Assembly (NCBI GenBank): GCA_000442015.1
Contig: KE560949.1
Span: 1 to 64,000, forward strand
Length of the DNA: 64,000 nt
Direction of reading: 5' to 3'
Origin: Rozella allomycis CSF55
Taxonomy: Eukaryota
The notes beneath the pieces are model-generated. The model made no database searches. It saw only the letters and a list, made by a program, of their open reading frames with translations, and was not told the DNA's origin. The translations under genes and the position numbers were made by a program. Each line of letters opens with the position of its first letter. Position 1 is the stretch's first letter. Below are positions 1-20,646 of the stretch, one piece after another.

Positions 1-2306
<2,306 letters not shown>

Positions 2307-2524
2307 TCAAAGGGTTAGTGTGGCTGAGTTTGAGAAATAAGGTTTTTGAAAAGTAACGCAGAATTAGAATTAAAAAAGAGTTGATAATGATTGAAATAAT
2401 AATGTAAAATAGATGTATAAAAATTAAAAAAAACATTATCAAGTTTACATGGCAAATGCCTCTCTAAATTATTAGCAATTTAGAATACAGATAATGAAAA
2501 ATTTAAAAGCCAATTTAAAGCAAT

Positions 2525-4741
<2,217 letters not shown>

Positions 4742-4875
4742 TGTTTATCGCTGCTAAGCACACCCTGGTTAATTAACAGGTCTGAAATATCTGGAAACTG
4801 TAATAAATATAGATTATCAAATTTCGAGATTGTGATTTTGAATCTTTTTAAACTTTTGAAATAAATTTTCCGAAA

Positions 4876-7866
4876 ATGTCCCTCAGTGTGAATCGTATAT
4901 CTGAAAAGAAAAATGAATTTCTTAATTGTGCACCTTTGGATCTCCCCAAAAAAAATTTGGCACTGTTAACACCATTGGATGATGTTATGGATTCTTTTAA
5001 AATTGTTGTAAATGATGAAGAATTTTCAGTTGACCATGATAGCTCAAGCAGCGAACACCTACAAATTTATTTCTTTATAGAAACAACCATCAAAGGAACA
5101 ATTACTGCCTGCTCAGGTTCTTTCTATGAATTTACTGGGTAACATTCTAGGTATTTGTGAAAATAGATTAGTTAAACATGAGGTACAAGGCAAAACTCTT
5201 GAACATTTTATTGACCAAGATGAAAAGTCGTTTTTGAATGCTGCTATTAATCATGTCAATTCGGATCTTCGAATCGAAATAGCATTTCACATTCGAAATT
5301 CCAATGGCCTCTTTTCTGAAGTAAATTTGCAAAGCTCTAAAGTTGAAATACGAAATAATTCTCTTGACAAGCAAACCGAAGGTAGCTTCATTTACTGGAT
5401 TGGAATCTGCACTCAAAAAGACTTGAAGAAACCAGAGAGTGATGACAATACAATTTTGTGTAGGATTTGTGAAATGAAAGTATTAAAGAATGTTTTCGAA
5501 AAGCACTCCACTTATTGTACTGAATTACACAGTGTTCAGAATGAAATACAAAAAATGAATGATCTCATCACAGCTATCAAGCAAGAGATCCAAGCCCAAG
5601 TGGAAAATTGGAAGGATGATGATTCATTAAAACATAAATTACAGATTTGTCATGAAGTTATAAATGTCGCAGATCAAGCATTACTTTGGAGCGTCGAACC
5701 AACGTTTTCCCAAAGTACCATGGGTTCTGCAGCTGTTTCATTTGAGTCAATAGCCTCCTCAAAATCTCTGCTAATAAGAAATGATGGGCATCTACTCTCA
5801 TTAGTGCCCACCATAAATATTGAAGAAGATACTGCCGAATCTCCATTAGGACAAAGCGATCTTGCCGGATGGAAAATGCCAGGGAATAGCGAAGATTTAG
5901 GAGAAGAGATTTACCTTCTTGGACTGGAGCTCGAAGCGTTACTAGAGGATAAGCTCAAACTCTTAAAAGTCGCAAAATTAAGTATGAAAGAACTTTCAAG
6001 GGTGACCTACACTCTGCCGAAACTTCAGGCCATGGAATCTTTGAACACACGAGATACACCCAATGAAAGCAATTTACTTCCTGTTACACAACCTTTACCG
6101 CCGAGTATAAAGGATTTTGAAATTGTAAAGCCCATTTCACGAGGAGCGTACGGAAAAGTATATCTTGCAAAGAAAAAAGTGACTGGAGAATATTTTGCAA
6201 TCAAAGTTATTCGTAAGCATGATGTTCTATCCAAAAATCAATTTGCTTCTTTGCAATCAGAACAACTTATATTGACCCAACTCGATAGCCCCTATGTAGT
6301 TAAAATGTACTACTCGTTTCAAACAAAAAATAATCTTTATTTTGTGCTAGAATATCTGAATGGTGGCGATTGTGCATCGCTGATAAAGGCAATTGGAAGG
6401 TTACCGGACGATTGGGCTAGGAAATACACTGCACAAATAGTATTGGGTTTAGAAAGTCTTCATAAAAATGATATAATTCATAGGTAAAATTACTTGAATT
6501 TTGTTACAGGGATTTGAAGCCAGAAAACTTATTGATTGACAGTCTTGGTCATATTAGATTGTCAGACTTTGGTCTATCAAAAATGAGCAATTGGCAAGTA
6601 GATTCACTGAAGTATGTGGAGGAAGAAAGTCTTGATAGTTCAGATTCGAGACTTCAAATTCAACCCGAATTACGGGGCGCGGATTCTATCATGGAGATGG
6701 ATAAACGGCTGAATATGACAAGCAGAAGGCTATCAGAAATATCTATTCTGAATAGGTCAGGCGTATTTAAATCAAGGTCTAACTCTTTTGTTTCTTCTTC
6801 AAACTCTTCTAGGTCGTCGTCAAGTTCCGCAAAAGAATCATCCGCTAGTCAAACTGACCGAGCTGTTGGGACACCTGACTACATGGCTGTGGAAGTGTTG
6901 AATGGTGAAGAGCATTCAAAGGCATTGGATTGGTGGTCCATGGGTGTTATCTTGTATGAATTTATCTACGGCATTCCACCATTCCATGGAAATACAACGA
7001 AACAAATCTTTGAAAACATAAAAAATGGAAAGATTGAATTCCCTGAAGATGAGGACGTAAGCCAAGATGCGATTGATCTCATATCTCGTCTTTTGGATCC
7101 TAATCCTAAATCGCGACTAGGGGGCAATGGTGTTGAAGAAGTCAAGAGACATCCATATTTTCAAGAAATTGATTGGCAACATTTGTATGATGAAGAAGGA
7201 GTATTCCAGCCACATGTTGAGAATGATACAGACACCACATATTTTGATGATCGCGGTGCTAATAATCTTGATGAAGTTCAAGTTGACATAGGAAATAGTC
7301 CAGATGCCGATGTAAGTGAAGAAAGTTGGATACCGGCATTTACATACAAAAATTTGAACCTTCTGGGGAAAGCGAATAATGAAGCGATTAAAGAGTTGAG
7401 GAAGTTTTCTCAGCCCAAGCTGAGTTTATCCACAACGTTTGAAGCTTTCAAATCTCCTAGGGCTTCGCGTGAATTTACCACCATCGAAACCAAATCGTTT
7501 CTTTCTAGATTGAAGAGATTTGAGTGCTTAGTGGTTGATAGCAATCCAATTTCCGTTAGAATTCTTGAAACTCTTCTAGGAAGATTGAACTGTACATGTC
7601 TAAATGCAATAGACGGGATTGATGCATTAAGGATACTCTTGGATAAAAAATTTGACATTGTCTTTATTAACATTGAGCTTCCTAGACTGAATGGCGATCA
7701 AGTTGCAAGATTGATCAAATCCACTAGAAATATAAACAGGGAAGTTCCGATTCTGGCAACAACAGCATATGGTGTAGCGAGTGATGTGGAATATTTCGAT
7801 TCATTTTTGATGAAACCACTTACAAAAGAAAAAATAGAAGACGAATTGTCAAGATTTTTAGATTAG
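4876..7866 (+). CDS. RIM15: Rim15/Cek1 (Greatwall-family) Ser/Thr kinase with PAS-like, CCHC zinc finger and C-terminal receiver-like domain
   Basis: CRICE..HSTYC; PSIKDFEIVKPISRGAYGKVYL; IHR/DLKPEN; insert between DFG and VGTPDY; receiver-like tail KFDIVFINIELPRLNG. Confidence 0.9.
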
Positions 7867-7874
7867 TCTTTATT

Positions 7875-10514
<2,640 letters not shown>

Positions 10515-10616
10515 TTAAAAATTATGAAATTTACAACTAAGTCATTGACAAGAATTTGTCAAGAGCTTGTTTATTGTGTTATAACTGCTTTATTTTTGTA
10601 TACAAATAATGCCATA

Positions 10617-12704
10617 TCATTTAAAAGAACATTCATGCAAACAACCTGAAGGACATTTCTTGAAAGATTTGAACCAATCATTTATATGTTCAGAATGTCC
10701 ACCATGTCCACAAATTACGCAAGAAATATACAACCCCTTTACTGGCAGATTGCATAAACAACATCGATAAATCGATTGATGACAATGATCACAATGGAGG
10801 CTACCCGAAGCCAGCGAGTGGTTGCAGCTAGCACAACTAGACAAGTACTTCGTAGAACGCAAGTTTAGAAATAATATTCAAATTACTTGGTTCAGTGAAT
10901 AAATAGACGGAATGGTTTGGCATGCATTTACAATCCTTGTTACTTGAACCCATAGCTTTCTTCTTTTCAACAATTCTCTATGATATAAGACTTAAATTTA
11001 CCGATGTAACCTTCAATCCATTGCTTGCATATTTTTATCTTGTCCAAAGGAATTAAGTCTCTTAATAGTATGCATGCAACAGAGCATGTCTGAATATCTC
11101 CGTTTTCTGCAATGTTTATGAGAAAATCGTCGATCACTTTTTTCATAATACTTATGCATTCATGCTAATTTAATTTAAATTTAGGTATTAACTGCAGAGT
11201 TTTCCAATATGAATTGCAAAGTCGTCCAAAACTGAAATAACTCGAATAAACCAAGCTTTTCGCACAAAATTGCGTTTTCAGAAACATCTGCTACAGAGTC
11301 AAACTTATATTCCCTAGCCAAAGTAAGAAATATAGACGGATCTGATAATTTGAATGATTCTAAAACACGGCTTTGAAACAACAATTAGTTACTACAATAA
11401 TCGTTACTGGAATATTAATGGAACTTTTTGAAGCATTATTAATTCTTGAGAGCTTGCGGTATATAATTGAAGCGCCTATGGGTACTTTTCCTGTTGGTGT
11501 CTCACATATTGTCTTGTCATTTGTGCTCTCTTCGAATTTTTCAACACTTCCATAAACTTGATCGTCCAGTCCAAATGTTGAACATGTTTTGTTGAAGGTC
11601 TTCATTAATTCATAAGAGTTTTGAATATTTTGAGAGCAAACAGTTTTATCACGAGAAACACTGATGAGATTATTTGAGTCTAGCCATTTAATACACGTTA
11701 TCACATTGGAATGGTTCTCAAATGTCATTGAAGGTACATAACTATGTGTAATATCCCATACATGAACCCTATAATCCGTGAGCAATGAAGTTGATGCGAT
11801 TTGATTGAAATCAGGGCGCCAGCTAACATTAGATACACTGGAAATATTTTGAAAGCTATAAATTGGCTTCTTCAAATCCCCTTTAATATCCCAAACCTTT
11901 TATAAACTATATTGACATTTACTTTGACTATTTTATCACGCCCGCCAGAAACGATCCACCTTCCATCTTTATGCCAATCAACGCTTAATGTAACTCCGTT
12001 ATGACAAGTAATCTTTTTCTCGGGGATCATTGGATTTCTTATATCCCAGACTTGAATAGTCCCGTTTTCAAAAGCAGCGATAAATTCGTATGCGCTGAAC
12101 GGATGATATTTTACATCCCTTACAGCATCAGCTTTACCATTGAACGTTAATTTTGATGACAATTTACTTCTCAAGTCCTTGTTACTTGAAAAACGCAGTA
12201 ATTACCCATAGTTTAACTAAACCATCCTGTGAAGCTGAAAGAAATGTTGCTGATTCAAATTGACTTGCATGTAGCTTATTGATAGATCTTTTATGTTCTG
12301 ATATCATTTTCTCTACTGAATTCACAAAAATTAAAATACCTTGCTTAATTCTATCTGCATCCCAAAGAACAATTGCTCCGTTTGGTGATGCAGTTACAAA
12401 AATTCTTTTGTTGTCTTTGATTTGAAAGTTATTTAAGCATTACAATTCGGAAGCCAAATAACGTCTGTACTAGAATAACTCATGTTCATTTTGGTGCCAA
12501 TCCTAAAGTTGACGAAATCTTTCATGTTCCTCAAATCAACAATTCCCAGAACTTTCTATAGAAGAGAAAATACGTACCTTCTCTTCCAGCAATTATAGCT
12601 TTTTTATCTTTATCTAATACTGAAACTGAAGAAATGGCAGCATTAGATTCAAACTTTTGCATTTCTAGTTGAACTTGTGATTTTTCGTTATGAGAAAAAA
12701 TCAT
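10617..12704 (-). CDS. WDR24: GATOR2/SEA subunit WDR24 (Rtc1/Sea2); start either 12704 or 12662
   Basis: WD40 repeats (AVRDVKYHP, ENGTIQVWDIR, SGGRDK) and C-terminal RING CCLCNLPVKGLYISCVICGHGGH..CPSGCLHEC. Confidence 0.88.
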
Positions 12705-13554
12705 CTGGTCCAAATATTTGAAGTAAATAGGTAGTTTCGTTACAAACAGGAATTAAACGATAAGAGCGTTGCATTATACAAGTCCAAATCTACCAGAATA
12801 GCCCAAGCAAATAGGCATGACAATAGATATAGTAACGTTTTTCCATGTAAGTTTTCAACTATGTGCAATAATAGACGATGAAAATTTACTTCAGTTTTCA
12901 AATTCTTACATTAACGCAAGCCCTATTCCACCAACCTCGGATTCTAAAATAACGTACATTGCGTCACAGGCACCTATTCCAAGCACATTCAGCACTTTTT
13001 ATCAAATGATCTGGGATTACAAAATAGAATGCATAGTGATGCTTACCACTTACGACCCACGAAAGTGCGACAGATATTTGCCTTTGTCAGAATCCGATCT
13101 GGTGCTTCCAGATGGAACATTGGTTCGAATTAAAGAAGAGATCAACATAGATGCTGATATTAAAGTTTCCGTTGTGTGTATGGAAAAAGATGGATTGAAA
13201 CATTGTGTAAATCACATCGCGTATGCAGGCTGGGAAGATCATGGATGTCCCCGTAGCTTACAATCATTTTTTAAACTCTTGGAAACTTATCAGCGTTATA
13301 AATCGACATCTCCAGTGTTAGTTCATTGCAGCGCGGGAATTGGTAGAACTGGCACCTTTATCGCCTTTGATCGATTAAAGAATAGAATAGAAGCTCAAGA
13401 TATTGTAGAAATATGTGCTAATGAAGTATTTGAACTTAGAAAGTATAGAATGATGATGGTGGAACGTGCAGTAAGAAATATTCTCTTTATTGAATAGTCT
13501 CAATTCGCTTTTCTTGTTCAAGCTTTAACTGAATATAAACAGAAAAATAAATAA
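12690..13554 (+). CDS. Classical protein tyrosine phosphatase
   Basis: NRYSNVFP, YINAS, YIASQAP, WEDHG, VHCSAGIGRTG, RKYRMMMV; three short GT-AG introns. Confidence 0.9.
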
Positions 13555-13598
13555 TACATGTTTTAAAACGCCTACAAAACCTTATTGAAATTTCCATA

Positions 13599-15858
13599 AT
13601 GAAATTTGTTTCTTTGAGGTTCAAATTGGGCCGATATTTTTCCACAAATGTAATTAGCTGTTCATATTAAAAGTAGACCAAGAATGAAATCGGTTTGGGT
13701 TTATTGAATATCAATTTAAAGGAATATAAACCCGAGTTGATACGAAATTTTTCAATCAGTAAAATGTAGACAATTCCATCCAATAGTTGCCCATGTTGAC
13801 CACGGAAAATCCACCTTATCAGACAGGCTACTAGAGCTGACTGGAGTTATATCCAAGAGCAAAGCCAACAATCAAGTTTTAGACAAATTGCAAGTTGAAA
13901 AAGAAAGGGGAATTACTGTGAAAGCTCAAGTAACAAAGATCTTTGAATTATCATCAAGACTTCTTCAATGTTTTATAATTACAAAGGAAAGAAATATTTA
14001 ATTAATTTAATTGATACACCGGTACTCAACTCAAATTTATCGGAGAGGGCCATGTTGATTTTAGTTATGAAGTGTCAAGGTCTTTAGCTGCATGCCAAGG
14101 ATGTATATTGTTGATTGATGCGAACCAGGGAATTCAAGCACAAACCGTTGCAAATTTCTATCTTGCATTTTCAGAGGGATTGACTATAATTCCTGTTATA
14201 AACAAAGTAGCCGTGTATTAAATAACTAAAAAGATTGATTTACCTGGAGCCCAGCCGGAAAAGGTGGTAGAATCATTGAAAGAACAATTCGAGCTTCCAG
14301 TTGATAATGTTTTAAAAGTAAGATCATTTGATTGGTGTAATTGATATCCGCAAAGAGTGGCGTGAATATAGAGAGTATTCTACCCACAATCATTGAGCAA
14401 GTGCCACAGTAAATTTATCTTCCCATTTAACAATAGCCCGCCTTCCTCTATTGACAAGCCTTTGAAAGCATTATTATTTGATTCGTGGTATGATGAATAC
14501 CAGGGAATAATTTATCTCATTTCTGTAGTCGATGGTACATTGAGGAAGGGTAGGCATGTTGCATGTTAATGATGAGGTGACAAAGTGATTGCGTTTCATA
14601 AACAACAAGAATTTGAGATTTTAGATTTGGGAATTATGTATCCGGAAAGAACTAGCACTGGGTTCTTGTAAATTTATTTGTTTAAGAAATAAAGAAATGC
14701 TGGTCAAGTTGGGTTTATGATTACGGGCATTAAGAACGCAAAGGAAGCTGCAATGATCGGTGATACTTTTTATCGTCAGGGGACACCAATAGAGCCTTTC
14801 CCAGGCTTTAAAAAGATAAAACCTGTAGTGTTTGCGGGATTCTTCCCATCAGATTCCAGTGACACCAATGAAATGCAGAAAGCGCTGACTAGGTTGTTTA
14901 TGAATGATTCAAGCGTGACTCACGAGGTTGAAATAAGGTAATTATATATCATCTTGATAAAAGTGATTCATTGGGATCTGGATGGAGACTTGGATTTCTT
15001 GGGACTCTTCATTTGGAGGTCTTTAAACAAAGGTTAGAGCAGGTAAATGTTTCATTGCATGAGAATAGGAATATAATGCGTCAATGGTAATAACCGTGCC
15101 TACTGTCTCGTACAAAATGATAATGAAAAATGGAACAGAAAAGATTATTAGAAATCCATCGGAATACCCTGATACCAAAGAGTTTGGCAAAGTTGAAAGA
15201 TTTGAAGAGCCTTTTGTTAAAGGGACATTAATTATTGATAAGAAATACATGGGACCAGTTATGGGGCTATGTGAGGTACAAACTTTTTCAACGTTAAGAT
15301 AGGAAAAACGCGGGCATATGTTGGAAATGAAATTTATAGACGAGAATAGATGCATGCTTGTTTATGATTTGCCAATGATGGAAATTATCACTAAATTTCA
15401 CGACCAATTAAAATCCTTGACCTCTGGGTACTCTTCATTTGACTATGAAGAATCCGGATACCAAAAAGCAAATATTCGGCAGGTTTCTGTAAAGCTGAAT
15501 GGCGAAATTGTTGATTCATTAACATTTGTTGTGCATGATTCCAAAGTTCAACAGTTTGCGAGAAACGTGGCAAGAAAATTACAAAAGATGATTGACAGAC
15601 AGCTGTTTGAAATTTCAATTCAAGTGCTCTGTGGAAGTAAAGTTGTTGCCAGAGAAAAGTATGATTCTTTTGTTATTTGTGATTAGTGTAAAAGCTGTTC
15701 ATAAAGATGTCTGTGCAAAATGCTATGGAGGCGACATTACAAGAAAAATGAAATTAATAGAAAGACACAAGGAAAAAGTCAAAGCATTAAAGATGATTGG
15801 TAAAGTACCGGTGCCCCATGACGCTTTCCTATCAATTGCCACAGATCAAAATATTTAA
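13599..15858 (+). CDS. GUF1: Mitochondrial translation factor GUF1/EF4 (LepA), about 13 tiny introns
   Basis: [76 protein letters not shown]. Confidence 0.96.
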
Positions 15859-15991
15859 CAACATAAAAGTCTAACCTGTACAATAAAGCTTCTTCTTTTT
15901 GTATAGTTTGATGTTATCATTAATTTAATCAAAAAAGTTGCTTTGTATTAAGCGACCAAGATAACCCAAGCCACCACTTGAAGAAAAAATA

Positions 15992-17775
<1,784 letters not shown>

Positions 17776-17825
17776 TCTAATTGTACATTTATTCAAAATA
17801 AATGAAAAATATTGCTTATCTGTTC

Positions 17826-19150
17826 TCAATTTGATACATTTATCAGTCCAATCCCAACAGACATCACAATCATTCCAATCAACACCGCCTTGGACACATA
17901 CTTATCTTCCTTGTCCAATTTTCTTGCGGTTGGCAGCAACCCTTGTATTGACACAAACACCATCATCCCTGCAGTAATCGCATATATTATCCCTATATTA
18001 AAACTAACTTTTTATTACCCTCAAATAATGGTGGCATATGATTGCCAAGAAAATAGAATGCAATCAATCCTCCAAGCGGTTCAGCCATTCCCGCCAATAC
18101 CCCTGAATACAAAAACGCCTTCCATCTACTGCCTGTTGCATAATACACTGGCAGTGCTACAGATAACCCCTCTGGTATATTATGAAATACTATCGCTAAC
18201 GTAACAAGAAATCCTAGCTTTATATCCGCCAACGATGACACAAATGCAGCCATTCCTTCAGGTATATTATGCAATGCAAGTGCTATAGCCGTCTTCCATC
18301 CAAGTCTAAACAATTTCTTATTCAATTCATCTTCTTTTCTGTCCCATTCTTCACGATCTTTAGTTGCATCATCGTCCTTTTTGGGACCAGTTGTGGCATC
18401 TACATCTTCTCTTTCTTTTTGTTTCACAACTTTCTTTCTGTCCTTCTTTGTTTCTTCCGACTTTGATGAGGTGGATTTACCCGCCTTCCTGGCACCAGTA
18501 ACAGGCAATGTGTGATCAGGCTTTTGTTCTTTTTCAGCGATCCTTAATGATCTCCTCGTACGCAAGGTTCTTCCTGTATCAGCCTTTTGTTTTAATTCAT
18601 TCACCTCTCCTCTTTCATCATCACCTTCATGATCATCAGAATTATCCTCTTCCTTTTCATTCTCTTCCTCATCACTCGTCTCCGTTTCTTCCCTTTTTTC
18701 AAAACTCTCTTCATTCTTTTCATTCCCATCCACTTGTTTATCCTTGTCACTCTTTTCAATGTACTCTGCAAACGTATCAATAAGCGATGTCACAAGCATT
18801 CCAATCAAAAACACCAAACAAGCATACAGTCCAGCAAACTTTTTATCAATAAACCCAAACGCAACAATAGATTTAGGAACAAGCTCAACCAGAGATACGT
18901 ACAGCATCACTCCACCAGCAAATCCAAGCGAAGATGCTAAGAAACTATGCGATTTTACTATTTGGAAATTCGTGTATCTGGATAATTTAGTATCAACAAA
19001 GGGTAAAGCGGCACCGATCGCATTACTCAGTGTTCCGATAAATGTCATCATGAATGCTTTATGGACACCGGTTATTTCATTTGAAAGTTCAGCTGTTATT
19101 TGGCCGTAGCACAGTGCAAAAAGACACAAAAACAAGATCAAGTACATCAT
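17826..19150 (-). CDS. ZIP family zinc transporter (ZupT/GufA/ZRT3-like)
   Basis: LGFAGGVMLYVS, ALHNIPEG, FHNIPEGLSVALP, AEPLGG; acidic cytoplasmic loop. Confidence 0.9.
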
Positions 19151-19283
19151 GAAAATTCGTAATTAGTAAATAATGTGAATTGAAAATATTAAACTATTGC
19201 ACTTTTGTTTGAGTTTACTTGGTCAAGATTGGATAACTGTGTCATATCGAAAGGCAATTCCTTGAACTTTTTTTGAAAATTCC

Positions 19284-20026
19284 ATGTCGTCTATTCTAGT
19301 TAACCCTAACCAAGTATCAGCACAAAAAACAATTGTTTAGAAAGGAAATGGCTTGCTCAAATTTATCCGAAATGTGCCGTGGGAATACTTTGATGATGAA
19401 GCCAAACATCCACCAGCAGACTACATTCTAGGCGACACTACCGGAGCGGTTTTCCTTAGTTTACAGTTTCATCGACTTTATCCTGAATATATTTTCGATC
19501 GTATGAAAGCTCTTTTGAGGCATTTCAAATGTAAAATTTTACTCTGTTTGGTCGATGTTGTAAAAATTTGTATTTCTTGGCATTTAGAAAGATCACGAAC
19601 GGTCGATGAAGCAGATTACCAAATCATGCTTGCTTTATGGATTTACTTTGGTTTGTGCATGGTCTAATGAAGAAGCAGGCAGGTATATGGAAACTTTCAA
19701 GGCTTATGAAAAGAAATCGGCAGACATGATAAAGCCAAAGAGTGAACCTGATTTCATATCACAGGTAAATTTGATGTAAAATAGATTTTCAGTTGACAGA
19801 ACTATTGACAACAATTAAAAGCGTTAATAAAACCGATGTAATTACACTTGTCTCAAGATTTGGTGTAATGATTTTACAATATTTAAATAGTCGTTGGCGG
19901 GAATTATGAATGCTGATATCAATGAGCTAGCTATGTGCTCTGGAATCGGTCAAAGAAAGGTAAAAACATATATTAATTTGATTATTGGCGAAATACATTT
20001 TTGATACATTTAATAAAAGCATTTGA
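19284..20026 (+). CDS. RAD10: Nucleotide excision repair protein ERCC1/Rad10
   Basis: ILVNPNQ/KGNGLLKFIRNVPWEY, ADYILG, FLSLQFHRLYPEYI, AWSNEEAGRYMETFK, VNKTDV, HhH tail. Confidence 0.93.
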
Positions 20027-20164
20027 TCTGTTTGGGGGTCAACATTTGTGGAACAAATTTTTCACGCCATAAATGCAAAGTAAGGTTTCAACAATGGTTC
20101 ATAAAAAATGATGTATATGATATTCAATTTATGTCTTTAAATCTTTGCTATTAATTTCTTTCAA

Positions 20165-20544
20165 TTAGTTTGCTTTTTGAAATTCTTCCATTGTTAAAGT
20201 TTTTAGCGACAAAGCATGTAAGCCCTTTTTAAACTCATCGTCCAACACTTTGTAAACTGAGCGGTGTCTTTGAACAGAAATCTATTTGCCAAAATAAGAT
20301 TATAGTACCTTTCCTTTAAACTCATCAGAGACTATTGTTATACTAATATTATTAAATAGAAGAATACATACTTGAAGTGCGTTTCTGGAGAAGGAGCATC
20401 AGCAACGCCAGCGTGACCAGCGTGTTGGTTGGATTCGTCTACAATAACAAGTTTTGATGGTTTAAAAGCAGCTGTTAACTTTGATTCCATTGCAGTATAA
20501 AGTGGTCCAGTCATATTTTTCAAAAGTGGCGTAACGCGTTTCAT
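20165..20544 (-). CDS. BolA family protein
   Basis: IVDESNQHAGH..ETHF, VQRHRSVYKVL, LHALSLKT. Confidence 0.9.
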
Positions 20545-20646
20545 AAAGGAGAAGCTGAATGAATTGAACCAATTATGGAAGGCTTGGTATCCATAGGTTC
20601 ATAATTGAAATGGAAATGATAAAATATACTCATAGTGAAATGCCAT

